64,000 nt of DNA from an uncultured Planctomycetaceae bacterium (GTDB lineage: Bacteria > Planctomycetota > Planctomycetia > Planctomycetales > Planctomycetaceae), in contig CAYLTY010000003.1 of the NCBI GenBank assembly GCA_964386705.1, positions 14,026-78,025 on the forward strand. Direction: 5' to 3'. Positions 38,784 to 50,065 of this stretch are shown in pieces; position 1 is the stretch's first letter; every line of letters begins with the position of its first letter. Under the pieces are notes generated by a model. That model had not been told where the DNA came from. It worked only from the letters and a program-made list of their open reading frames with translations, and ran no database searches. Made by a program: the position numbers and the translations under genes.

Positions 38784-39200
38784 TTAACCAATGGCAATTG
38801 CTGACGCGGTGGGCGCGAGCAACTCCCAAACTGACGCCAATGTGACTCCCGTTCCCGTAGTCAGTAACCCAGCGGCGAACCAAGCATCTCGGCCGCGGCT
38901 GAACTCGGCGGAAGCAGGATCGCTGGGCGGGAAGTAGCCTCGAACTTGAGCTCCAACCACCCGCACTGGTCGCACGGTGCCGCATTGGCCGCGGATCACC
39001 CATTCATGGTCGCCTGTTGTGAACGACACGCGCGGGTAGTAGTAGGTCGTTGCCTCACTTTGTTCGCAGTCGTGGCCGATGACTGTTCCTTGTGCAGAGC
39101 CGCTGGCCGCGATCGCGAACCGCAGCGTCGGGATCAGCAGCACCGCGCCGAAAGTTGCGGCCAGCAGTCCGAACACAGCTGCGATCAGCCAGACGAGCAT
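38784..39200 (-). CDS. DUF3592-like two-TM membrane protein
   Basis: An N-terminal TM (LVWLIAAVFGLLAATFGAVLLI), a beta-rich middle (GTVIGHDCEQSEATTYYYPRVSFTTGDHEWVI) and a C-terminal TM. This matches the DUF3592 layout as I remember it. Confidence 0.55.
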   Translation of the reverse strand: MLVWLIAAVFGLLAATFGAVLLIPTLRFAIAASGSAQGTVIGHDCEQSEATTYYYPRVSFTTGDHEWVIRGQCGTVRPVRVVGAQVRGYFPPSDPASAEFSRGRDAWFAAGLLTTGTGVTLASVWELLAPTASAIAIG

Positions 39201-39217
39201 GATGCTCCCCTTGCCGC

Positions 39218-39517
39218 TTATCCGCGGAGGTCACTCTCCAGCGCGAACCGCCAATAGCCACCCCTGGCCAGGCCACGGCTGGAGACAATGGTGTGAGTCG
39301 CGCCTTCATCCGGCAGCGTTTCGTGCGGCTCCAGGATCATCGCATATCGCTCGCTGGGTCGCTGAGCGTCTTCGCAAATCGCCACTGAGGCTCGGGTGAA
39401 GCGATACGTCTTACGAACAAGAACGCTCCTGGTTCTGTCCGACAGTTCGTTTCTGATCGGCAGCGTCATATCACACCGTTTTCGACTCGCGGGAAGTTCG
39501 TCACGGCTTCGTGCCAC
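39218..39517 (-). CDS. Small hypothetical protein upstream of the DUF3592 gene
   Basis: 99-codon ORF ending 18 nt before the DUF3592 start. There is an alternative ATG at 39469 (MTLPIRN). No recognisable motif. Confidence 0.3.
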   Translation of the reverse strand: MARSRDELPASRKRCDMTLPIRNELSDRTRSVLVRKTYRFTRASVAICEDAQRPSERYAMILEPHETLPDEGATHTIVSSRGLARGGYWRFALESDLRG

Positions 39518-39819
39518 CTCAGAACGCGCCGCAAGTCGCGCGTCCCCCGGTCGGATGATCCTTCTCAGAAACCTGCGCCGCGTAGGGTAACGCCCGCCCT
39601 CCGCAGTCCGTCAACCGTCAATGTTAAGAACGGCAATTTCGTCGAGCAGATCACGGAGGCCGCCGCTGCGACTGGCCTCGTTCGAACAGGTGTCAAGAGA
39701 ACTGGCTTCCTGTACGGTGCCATGCGAGCGTGATCCGCGCGGCCGCTTCCATACTGGAATCCCGGTCATTCTTAACGGTGTCCGCGGCTGCTGCCGTCTT
39801 GAATCAGGGAGTCTTCACG

Positions 39820-42249
39820 ATGCTGCGAACGCGACTGAGATTGTTGTGCGTGGTGTTGAGCGTTCTCTCAACGTTCTGGTTGACGGAGCCCGCCCAGGCC
39901 CAGTCCAAGAACCCGCCTAAGCTGGCACATGCCGCTGACGAAGAACCACTTGCCGCGATCATCTGGAATGGGCTGGGGGAAGCGAATCCTGGCTCTACCA
40001 ACCGCACGCAGAAGCTGCTGGCCGAAGAATCTCTGCGCGAGTTCGTGAAGGAACTCTCGGCGCAAATCGATGGGCTTTTTGCTCAGGCGATCGATCGCGT
40101 CAGCCGTGAAGACGGCAAGTGGGTATCAAAAGCCGCTCCCTTGCTGAGCAAGTCCGTTCTCATTCATCCCTCCGCGATCATGCTGAATCAGATCGGCGCG
40201 AACCCCGATGAACTCAGACTCGCGCTGGTCGTCGATGCTGGGAAAGACATTGATGTTTTGAGGGAGACCCTCGATCAACTCGTCGAGTTGGCGTCCAAGT
40301 CCGAGTCGGACGATGCCCGTGTGGATGCGCTGCAGATTGGCGGCGGAAAGTTCTATCGGGTGGCGGCGGGGAAAGATCGTCCGCTCATTCATTTCGGCAC
40401 GCTGGGCAGCCGTATGATTGTGGCGTGGGGTGATAACACCTTTGAGCCGCTGGTAGCACGGCTGCAGAAGCCGCAGACGCCCAGGTGGGTCGAGAAGCAA
40501 CTCGCAGATCTGCCAGTCGATCAGCCGAACCTGTTAACTTTTGTCGATGTGAAGAAGATCGTCGCCACTGTTGAGAAGTCCGGTGCCTGGCCTCACTTCG
40601 ATATGATTGCGAAGACGTTCGGCATTGATGGAGTGAATCACGTCACGCTGGTCGGTGGCTTCGACGCGGTGGGCATGCACGTCAACACGCTCATTAGTCT
40701 GGAAGGTGAGCCACGCGGCCTGCTGGCGATGTCGCCCAACAAGCCGCTTAAGCTGGAAGCCTTTCGCCGCGTGCCAGCGAACGCATCGAGCGCGACCGTG
40801 GTGCGATTCGATCTCGATCATGCGCTAAACAATATCCTGAACATGGCGAGTGCCATGGCCCCGGCAGCCAAACAGGATGCGGAAGCAGGGCTCCAACATG
40901 TCGAGCAGCAACTGGGCTTCTCGATCCAAAAGGACTTGTGCCAGGGTCTAGGCGACGAATGGATGCTTTACTCATCCAGCAACGCTGGGGGTGCGATGTT
41001 CGTTCCAGCCTTCGTGCTGTCTGGCTCAGTTCGCGACCAGAGCAAAGTTCAGAAGGTGCTGGATGTCGCGGCCAAGTTGCTCCTGGTTGCTTCGCAATCA
41101 TTTGGGCCGCAATCCCCATTCACCGTCCATGAATACACAATTAAAGGTAACAAGGCGGTTCGAATACAGATCAATAATATACCGTTTGCGGTCACGCCCG
41201 CCTGGGTGCTGACGAAGGATGAGTTCGCCTTCAGCCTGTTGCCTCAGCTCTTGAGCAGCCACTTGTCTCAAGCTGGCAAGCCATCGCTCGCTGATTCTGA
41301 AGCGCTGAAGGAAGGATTCAAACGCACGCCGAATCCATTCCTCGTCGGCTACTCGGATCCAAAACCACGATTGGGCAGTCTCTATTCGCTGATCAACACT
41401 TTTGCCCCGATGGCGGCCGCGGATACCGCTCGATTCGGTTTCGAGTTCCAGCCACCGCCGCTGCCTCCATTGTCAGACATCGAACCTCACCTGCTGCCGA
41501 GCGTCACCACGTTTCACTTCAGCAAGGACGGGCTGCGTTCGGAAACTCACGGTGTTGTTCCGAGTGGAATCGAAGTCGGACCAGCCTCGGCGGGCATCTT
41601 GCTGGGCTTGTTCCTGCCAGCGGTGGAAAGCGCTCGCGAAGCCGCCCGGCGGTCAAACAGCAAGAACAACATGAAGCTCATTGGCCTGGCGATGCATAAC
41701 TTCGAAGAGACCTATGGGCGGCTTCCGGGACCAGCGATCAGAGACAAGAAGGGAAAGTCATTGTTGAGCTGGCGCGTCCAGATCCTCCCCTACATCGATC
41801 AGCAGACGCTCTATGAGCAGTTTCATCTGGATGAGCCCTGGGATAGCGAGCACAACAAGACTCTGATTGAAAAGATGCCCAGCGTCTTCGTGTCTCCCAA
41901 TCATGCGGATCTCGCGCAGCAAGGCAAAACAACATACCTCGCGCCGCGTGGCAAGGGCACGATGTGGGATGATCCAGAGGGCAGTCGATTCCGTGACATC
42001 ATTGATGGCACCAGTAACACGATCATGGTTGTTGAAGGTCCTGGAGACGCCGCTGTGATCTGGACGAAGCCTGATGACCTGCCCATCGATTCCAAAAATC
42101 CCTGGAAGAACTTGAAGAGCGTACGCCCTGGCGGATTTCAGGCTCTGTTTGTTGACGGCTCTGTTCGCTTTCTCAACGACTGGATCGATCTGGAAACGCT
42201 GACTGGTCTCTTCACGCGGGCGGGCGAAGAGGAACTCGGAGACTTCTAA
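39820..42249 (+). CDS. Large secreted protein: unknown N-terminal region of about 590 aa fused to a DUF1559-like C-terminal domain without a prepilin cleavage motif
   Basis: ATG at 39820. Signal peptide MLRTRLRLLCVVLSVLSTFWLTEPAQA. An internal pilin-like segment GPASAGILLGLFLPAVESAREAARRSNSKNNMKLIGLAMHNFEETYGRLP is followed by DUF1559-like sequence and ...RPGGFQALFVDGSVRFL. Confidence 0.8.
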   Translation: MLRTRLRLLCVVLSVLSTFWLTEPAQAQSKNPPKLAHAADEEPLAAIIWNGLGEANPGSTNRTQKLLAEESLREFVKELSAQIDGLFAQAIDRVSREDGKWVSKAAPLLSKSVLIHPSAIMLNQIGANPDELRLALVVDAGKDIDVLRETLDQLVELASKSESDDARVDALQIGGGKFYRVAAGKDRPLIHFGTLGSRMIVAWGDNTFEPLVARLQKPQTPRWVEKQLADLPVDQPNLLTFVDVKKIVATVEKSGAWPHFDMIAKTFGIDGVNHVTLVGGFDAVGMHVNTLISLEGEPRGLLAMSPNKPLKLEAFRRVPANASSATVVRFDLDHALNNILNMASAMAPAAKQDAEAGLQHVEQQLGFSIQKDLCQGLGDEWMLYSSSNAGGAMFVPAFVLSGSVRDQSKVQKVLDVAAKLLLVASQSFGPQSPFTVHEYTIKGNKAVRIQINNIPFAVTPAWVLTKDEFAFSLLPQLLSSHLSQAGKPSLADSEALKEGFKRTPNPFLVGYSDPKPRLGSLYSLINTFAPMAAADTARFGFEFQPPPLPPLSDIEPHLLPSVTTFHFSKDGLRSETHGVVPSGIEVGPASAGILLGLFLPAVESAREAARRSNSKNNMKLIGLAMHNFEETYGRLPGPAIRDKKGKSLLSWRVQILPYIDQQTLYEQFHLDEPWDSEHNKTLIEKMPSVFVSPNHADLAQQGKTTYLAPRGKGTMWDDPEGSRFRDIIDGTSNTIMVVEGPGDAAVIWTKPDDLPIDSKNPWKNLKSVRPGGFQALFVDGSVRFLNDWIDLETLTGLFTRAGEEELGDF

Positions 42250-42286
42250 CGCCGCGGATGAATTCGAAACCCGGCCGTAAACGAAC

Positions 42287-42316
42287 CAAGCCGGCTTCTG
42301 TGAGGAAGCCGGCTTG
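42287..42316. terminator. Perfect 12-bp stem-loop between convergent genes
   Basis: CAAGCCGGCTTC-TGTGAG-GAAGCCGGCTTG. Confidence 0.65.
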
Positions 42317-42375
42317 AGGGACGCGTTGGAAAAGACTTCCGGCAGCTGGCTGGGGAAGTTCCGATGAAAAGTTTG

Positions 42376-42732
42376 TTAACCGAGTGCGGGATCTGGCAAC
42401 AGCGGCGAGCGGACCTGAAATGTCAGATCCGGGGCTTTGCGGCGAGTGATCGCTTCCGCGACCATTTCCCGCAGGCGGCTTTTGGCTCGCTGCAGGTGAT
42501 CCAGCACGGTCACCACGCTCGGAGCAGCCTCCGAAACACTGGGTTCGACGACGACCAGTAACTGAGAACTTCCGCCCATCGGACGGACTGAGGTGACAAT
42601 CAGATCCTGCAGGACTTCGTCGTCGCATTCGCCTGACAGGACAAGGTTTAAAGTACGCTCAACCTGCTTGCAGAGTTGCAGCGTCTTACGGTCGACCCGC
42701 TCGGGGTCGTGGGAGATTCTTCGGGCAGACAT
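42376..42732 (-). CDS. rbfA: Ribosome-binding factor A
   Basis: ATG at 42732. RKTLQLCKQVERTLNLVL...LQDLIVTSVRPMGGSSQLLVVV...RLREMVAEAITRRKAPDLTFQV follows the RbfA KH-like pattern. It is not embedded in a nusA-infB operon here. Confidence 0.6.
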   Translation of the reverse strand: MSARRISHDPERVDRKTLQLCKQVERTLNLVLSGECDDEVLQDLIVTSVRPMGGSSQLLVVVEPSVSEAAPSVVTVLDHLQRAKSRLREMVAEAITRRKAPDLTFQVRSPLLPDPALG

Positions 42733-43104
42733 GGGCCAAAAACTCCAAAGCAGACGGAGTGGATGTGAGAGACACAACGATTGAATGACTTCTCGGACTC
42801 ATGGAATTCTGCGTCATATTGATCCCCCTCTGTGGCGGCTTGGTTCGTAGAGCATCAGCGGTTGCTGCGAGCCTTTAAGGACAGCCTCCAAGTGTCGGCG
42901 GTTCGCATGCTGACCGAAGTCGGCGTTTGGGTGAATGCGAAGTTTTCAGCCTGCCAGACCTATATACGCCGGAAGAATCGCGGAACGTGGAGCGAATGGG
43001 GCGTCGGGGTCGCGGGGAGTGGTTGACCCGCCGCCAGACAGGTACAAAACGCACCTCCAGTCGAAACACCTCTGAGTCCGCGTGCAGGGAATGAAGGAGA
43101 CATC

Positions 43105-45693
43105 ATGCGTCAAGGAATGCTTATCGCCGGCTGGCGGTTGGCGATATTAGTGACCGTCCTGACCTGGACGGCGATCGGACAGGCTCAGCTTCCCGATCCG
43201 ATCCAGACCCACGTTTTCAAGGATGAAACGGGCGATCATCGCTATGCCCTGTTCGTCCCCAAGAACTATTCGAACGACCGTAAGTGGCCCGTACTGATGT
43301 TCCTGCATGGAGCTGGCGAACGCGGCAACGACGGAAAACTGCAAACAAGTGTTGGCATCGGTCCGGTCTTGCGGAAACGTGCGGCGAATTTCCCATTCAT
43401 CGTCGTGATGCCGCAGTGCGAGGACACTCAGTCCCGTTATCTGGCGGGCTGGCTGCACGATACGCCGGACGCGCAGCGGGCGCTGAAGATCTTGGCCTCC
43501 GTGGAGAAAGAGTTTTCGGTTGATCCCGAAAAACGGGTCCTGAGCGGCTGGTCGATGGGTGGTTTCGGTACGTGGAGCATCGCATCGGCGAATCCAAAGA
43601 TGTGGTCTGCCGTCGTGCCGTTGGCCGGTGGTGGCGACCCGTCGCTGGCGAAAACTCTGACCGAAGTTCCCATCTGGGCGTTCCATGGTTCCAACGACGC
43701 CGCCATCCGGCCCGATCAGTCGCGCGCGATGATCAGTGCGATTCGAGTTGCTGGAGGCACGCCGCGGCTCACGGAAGTGACCGATGGCGAGCATGACATC
43801 AACCCGATCGTCTATGACAATGACGTACTCATCGGCTGGATGCTCAACCCGAAAACAACGGAACCGACCAGTCTGGTGTTGCGCGCCGTGCCGACGCTCG
43901 GAGCGACCTCACGCGAAGCCTTTATCCCCGCAGCCGAGTTGTCGCATGCGATTACTTTGCGGCTGGGCAACGAAACGCTCGATGCGATCTCGGTGTCATT
44001 GCATCAGATGATACCGCGAGAAGCCCTGTCCGGTTGGATTAACGACATCTATGACTCGACGTCCGTTGACGGCCGACAATTCAGTATTACGTTCGGCAGT
44101 ATCAGCTATGCGGGCAATGTGGCTCGCGTGAAGCTGAATGCGTATCGGCAGGATCGGCTCAATGTCGCAGTCGCCATCAGCAATGCTGTGCTGCGGATTG
44201 GCGGTACGTCAGTGGTTGGTCGCAGCCATTCGGCGTCAACGGGACCGATCGACATTGTGATCGGTCATCGTGCACCCGTGTGGCTGAGCGTCGATGTGAC
44301 ACCCTACATCGAAAACGGCAAGTTGCGACTGAAGGTCGCGGGTGCCAGCTTCAATATTCCGTGGGACAACTGGTATGTGACGGCTCCGGCCGGGGTGTCA
44401 GTCAATGGCTTCGGCATGACTCGCGAGCGTGTTTCGCAAGGGCTGGTCGATGGCCTCTATGGAAACAAGGCGCGCATTGAAAACGAAGTCATGGCCGCCG
44501 TGCCGCGACTGGTGGCGGAACTGGAGCGCAAGCTGGAACTGGTGGACGCCGATCAGATCGTCGGAGCCATCTGGCCCCTGCCCGTCTACAAACCGCGTAT
44601 TCGAGTCCGTGCCGAAGACATCTCGGTGGACGACAAGGGCGTCTCAGTAGTCCTGGGCACGGTCGTCGCCGCGATTGACCCGAACAAGCCGGTGAAGAGT
44701 ATCGTTCGCCAGCGGGTTACCAACGCGACGGCGAGCTCGATCAATAAGTCGACCGTGCTGTCGCTGGGCATCGCCCCGCAGATGCTGGGAGAACTCAGCC
44801 GCATGCTGGTGGAGTCCGGCGTGGCTCACATTCACGTGCTGGATATTCCCGAACCGTCGTTCGCACGATTCGTCGATCGCGAGGTGATGACGAAGGCATT
44901 CCCGGAACTGAAGCGTTACGGCGAAGACCTGCAGTTGCGGGCGGAACTATCTCTCGAACAAGCGATGTCGATTGAGGACGGCAGCAGCGAGGGCGAGTTG
45001 AAGTTCCAGTTGCCGGAATTAAAAATCGCAATTGCGTATAAACCCAACAAGGACGCTCCGAAGTTTCTGCCGTTCGCGGATCTGAAGATCGCTCTGGTTC
45101 AGGGAGCAGAGCCGAAGCTGCATCGCCCGGACTTTGAAACGCGCATGTTCCAGTTGAACTGGACCGGCGACGCGGACATCAAGGTGACTCCGACTTTCGC
45201 TGAATCCTACAAAGCCGAGAACACCGAGATCGATCAGGCGCATCTGACCGAACTGATGCAGTCATCATGGAAAGGCTGGGCCGGTCACGGCGCGGCCTCT
45301 CAGACGCCGATTCCCGATCTGGAATTCGGCATCGCGAAGATGCGTCTGAACGACGTGAGCTGGAAGTCGCCGTTCCTCGGAGTCTCCTTTGCGGCGCCGG
45401 GCGTGAAGCTGACTAATAGCGCGAAGGAAGCACTGGTCTACGAGACCAAAGGCCCGTTCAGCGACTGGGGCGGTCCTTATACGCTCGAGCCCGGTAAGTC
45501 GCACGAGTTGCCGATTGCGTATCCGCTGACTTACCGCCAACGCAGCGGCGATCAGTTGTTCGTCTACACGCTGGCACCCGGATCACACTCGGAATACCGG
45601 GTGCCCCAAACCGGCGGCAAGCCTCAACTGTTCAAGGCCCGCGAGGAACTCGCCACCAAGCCTCCGGAGCAATCCGCCGCCCCCCAACAGTAG
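43105..45693 (+). CDS. Secreted esterase/peptidase-like alpha/beta hydrolase (N-terminal about 230 aa) fused to a large domain of unknown function
   Basis: GAAGGAG lies upstream of the ATG. Signal peptide present. YALFVPKNYSNDRKWPVLMFLHGAGERGNDG, SGWSMGGFGTW (GxSxG), WAFHGSNDAAI. Confidence 0.8.
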   Translation: MRQGMLIAGWRLAILVTVLTWTAIGQAQLPDPIQTHVFKDETGDHRYALFVPKNYSNDRKWPVLMFLHGAGERGNDGKLQTSVGIGPVLRKRAANFPFIVVMPQCEDTQSRYLAGWLHDTPDAQRALKILASVEKEFSVDPEKRVLSGWSMGGFGTWSIASANPKMWSAVVPLAGGGDPSLAKTLTEVPIWAFHGSNDAAIRPDQSRAMISAIRVAGGTPRLTEVTDGEHDINPIVYDNDVLIGWMLNPKTTEPTSLVLRAVPTLGATSREAFIPAAELSHAITLRLGNETLDAISVSLHQMIPREALSGWINDIYDSTSVDGRQFSITFGSISYAGNVARVKLNAYRQDRLNVAVAISNAVLRIGGTSVVGRSHSASTGPIDIVIGHRAPVWLSVDVTPYIENGKLRLKVAGASFNIPWDNWYVTAPAGVSVNGFGMTRERVSQGLVDGLYGNKARIENEVMAAVPRLVAELERKLELVDADQIVGAIWPLPVYKPRIRVRAEDISVDDKGVSVVLGTVVAAIDPNKPVKSIVRQRVTNATASSINKSTVLSLGIAPQMLGELSRMLVESGVAHIHVLDIPEPSFARFVDREVMTKAFPELKRYGEDLQLRAELSLEQAMSIEDGSSEGELKFQLPELKIAIAYKPNKDAPKFLPFADLKIALVQGAEPKLHRPDFETRMFQLNWTGDADIKVTPTFAESYKAENTEIDQAHLTELMQSSWKGWAGHGAASQTPIPDLEFGIAKMRLNDVSWKSPFLGVSFAAPGVKLTNSAKEALVYETKGPFSDWGGPYTLEPGKSHELPIAYPLTYRQRSGDQLFVYTLAPGSHSEYRVPQTGGKPQLFKAREELATKPPEQSAAPQQ

Positions 45694-45780
45694 CGGGGAT
45701 TCTCCGAATGTGGGTCGCGTTTGCAGCAACCATAGTCGCTGATCACGGAGCGATCAGCGACATTCTGGCCTCTCAAAAAC

Positions 45781-45810
45781 AAAAGGCGTGGTCCGGAGAC
45801 CACGCCTTTT
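45781..45810. terminator. Bidirectional rho-independent-type terminator
   Basis: AAAAGGCGTGGTC-CGGA-GACCACGCCTTTT. The stem is flanked by an A-run and a T-run, and it lies between convergent genes (hydrolase + / rpsA -). Confidence 0.8.
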
Positions 45811-45880
45811 GTCTTGATTACATCGTCACGGTCGACAGAGAGCAGACCGGAGTGCGGCTGCTCCCTGTGAATAACCGGGT

Positions 45881-47653
<1,773 letters not shown>

Positions 47654-47699
47654 GAGAACCAACTTTTCCTGACACAGATTCAAGCGCAGACAGCCAAAC

Positions 47700-47737
47700 A
47701 AAAAAACGCGTGTTGCAAACAGTTGCGAACACGCGTT
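47700..47737 (-). promoter_or_regulatory. Terminator-like hairpin plus U-run inside the rpsA 5' leader
   Basis: The minus strand reads AACGCGTGTTCGCAA-CTGT-TTGCAACACGCGTT followed by TTTTTTT. It ends about 46 nt upstream of the rpsA ATG. Confidence 0.5.
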
Positions 47738-48158
47738 AAAGGGCAAGATCCATAGCCGCCATCGCTGTGAAGGGTGATGCTTTCGACGGCCAGAGGTCCA
47801 CGACCCCTTAAAATTCCGCTTCGAGCAAGGGGCGAAATATACCGGCGCTGGCTTTACGGTTCTACTTCGACACGCCCCAGTTGCGGGTCTCCCCGGCGAT
47901 TTTTCCCGAGGAATTTGCCCTCTAACCGGTGTCTGGCGAAGCCAGAGAAGCTCCATTCTCCGCAAGTCGTGCCGCCACCCACTTGGCTGGATCTGCCGAC
48001 TCCCCTGTCAAACTTTACCGCTTGGGGAAGCTGCCAAGTCCGCGCATCTGCTAAAAGCGGCAAGATCGAACGTTGTCGTAGAACCTGCACGACCATCCCG
48101 AACGGCTCAACCGATAGCTCTTCTCAGAGTCAGTCGAGTTCCGTCTGGGGAGAACCTC

Positions 48159-49850
48159 GTGAGTCTGTGTCAAAGACCGGTCACCGTCAGAGCAAAAGGC
48201 CGCAAAGCACTACTAGCGAATGGTTTGCTGCTGGGCTCTGCGTTTGCCACGGCGGGCTGCCAGCACTTGGCGGCTCCGCACCCACCGGCCGCCCTGCGAA
48301 CAACCCTACCAGCTCCTGCCAGTTCACACGCAAGCGTTGAGTCCTCGGCTGGCCGACACCGGAACTCGTCTGCATCGACATCAGGGACGATCGTACAAGT
48401 TTCAGCGATCGATGAGCCGCCCGCCGACGAGTTCGTGCCGCCGAAGTCTGTTCCGAAGCCCAAGGCGCGCTTCGATGTCCCGGCGGACCTGCCGGGTTCG
48501 TCCACTCCGGCGTTAAGCCTGCCGCCGTTCAACCCTGACGACTCAATCGAGAAACGCCGGTCCGCGATCGAAAAGCTGTATGCTGAGTTGCCGAAACTTC
48601 CCGATGAGCAAAGCCTGCTGCCGGGATCGAGCACAGAGAAGGTGGCGCTGGCGAGCCTCGAACAGATGGCCTGTGAATACAGCCCTGCCCTGCGGCAGGC
48701 TGAAGCCGACGTAGAAGCCGCGCGAGGCAAGGCAGTGCAAGTTGGCCTCTATCCGAATCCCACTGTCGGGTACCAATCGGACACAGTCGGCACGAGTGAC
48801 ACAGCGGGGTATCACGGTGCGTTCTTCTCGCAGGAGTTCGTCACCAAGGGCAAACTGACGCTCGCACAACAAGCGGCGATCGCGGACCTCAACAAGTCTG
48901 AATTTGAATTACGCAAAGCGCGCATCACGCTGGTTTCAACCGTGCGACGTAATTACTTCGCGGTGCTGATTGCTCAACAGAAGGTGCGTTTTGCGAAAGC
49001 GCTGTCACAACTGAGCGATGAAATGTACCGCGCTCAGATCGAACTTGTGGCTGGCGGCGAATCCGCGGCGTACGAACCCGTACAATTGCGAGTACTCGCC
49101 CTGCAGGCGCGCAACGACGTCGTGCGGGCCCAAAATGACTATATCAGTGCCTGGCGCGCTATGACGGCTACATTGGGCGTTCCGGACATGCAACCCACCG
49201 GGCTGGAAGGAATCGTAGATCGCGCGGCTCCCGAACTGAACTACGACCTCGCACGTGCCTGGTTGGAATCCACACATTCCGACCTATGCGTGGCTCAGGC
49301 TGAATTGTCTGGAGCATCCAGCAACCTCAACCTGCAGCGAGTGACTCCTTACCCGAACATTACCGTTACGGGAGTCGTGCAGCGCGACTACACCGCACCG
49401 CAGCTTGATTCCATGAGCTACAACCTGCAAGTTGGTTTTCCTTTGCCAGTCTTCGATCGCAATCAAGGGAATATCTACTCTGCAGAAGCGGGCGTGATGA
49501 AGGCCCAGCAAGCCTGGTCGAAGTCACGCAATAAGCTGCTCACGGATCTAGCAGACACATTTCGCAGCTATAACACCGCGCGACAGTTGGCTGAGGTCTA
49601 TCGCACAGATCTGCTACCCAGCCAAGTGCAGGCATATCGCGGTGTTTACGACCGCTTCCGCAATGGTTCCGGGGACATTGACTTTGCCCAGGTCGTGGTC
49701 ACTCAGCAGACGCTGGCGCAAGTCGTGGGCGAGTACCTGCGAGTGCTGAATGATCAATGGCTCGCCGCGGTAGCCATGGCCGAGACGCTGCAGTTCGATG
49801 ACCTGCATGCCATGGAGCAACAGCTCGCGCAACCCGGCGCTCTGCCATAG
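48159..49850 (+). CDS. Outer-membrane efflux factor lipoprotein (TolC/NodT-like)
   Basis: GTG start. Lipobox LLLGSAFATAGC. OEP-like repeats (LEQMACEYSPALRQAEADVEAARGKAVQVGLYPNPTVGYQ...; ...DLCVAQAELSGASSNLNLQRVTPYPNITV...). Confidence 0.8.
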   Translation: MSLCQRPVTVRAKGRKALLANGLLLGSAFATAGCQHLAAPHPPAALRTTLPAPASSHASVESSAGRHRNSSASTSGTIVQVSAIDEPPADEFVPPKSVPKPKARFDVPADLPGSSTPALSLPPFNPDDSIEKRRSAIEKLYAELPKLPDEQSLLPGSSTEKVALASLEQMACEYSPALRQAEADVEAARGKAVQVGLYPNPTVGYQSDTVGTSDTAGYHGAFFSQEFVTKGKLTLAQQAAIADLNKSEFELRKARITLVSTVRRNYFAVLIAQQKVRFAKALSQLSDEMYRAQIELVAGGESAAYEPVQLRVLALQARNDVVRAQNDYISAWRAMTATLGVPDMQPTGLEGIVDRAAPELNYDLARAWLESTHSDLCVAQAELSGASSNLNLQRVTPYPNITVTGVVQRDYTAPQLDSMSYNLQVGFPLPVFDRNQGNIYSAEAGVMKAQQAWSKSRNKLLTDLADTFRSYNTARQLAEVYRTDLLPSQVQAYRGVYDRFRNGSGDIDFAQVVVTQQTLAQVVGEYLRVLNDQWLAAVAMAETLQFDDLHAMEQQLAQPGALP

Positions 49851-50065
49851 AACGCTGTCGTCTCAATGACGACGATGCGTGCTCCGCTCGTGGAGCGAAC
49901 TGCTCCGAGCGGAATGCTCTTGCGATCAACGAAACATCTTCGCTGCTGGCTGAGGTATCGCCACGTAGCGGGAAGTTGGCTATGGTCGCCATCGAAAAGA
50001 CCGCTGTGCTCTTTTCCCGGAACGGTTTGGAGCGAGCAACGTCCATCACGCGAAGGGTCTTGCCG

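Noticed and set aside
47654-47965. 104-codon N-terminal extension of rpsA
   Set aside because: S1 proteins start close to the first S1 domain. The extension runs through the leader hairpin and poly-U and has non-coding-like composition.
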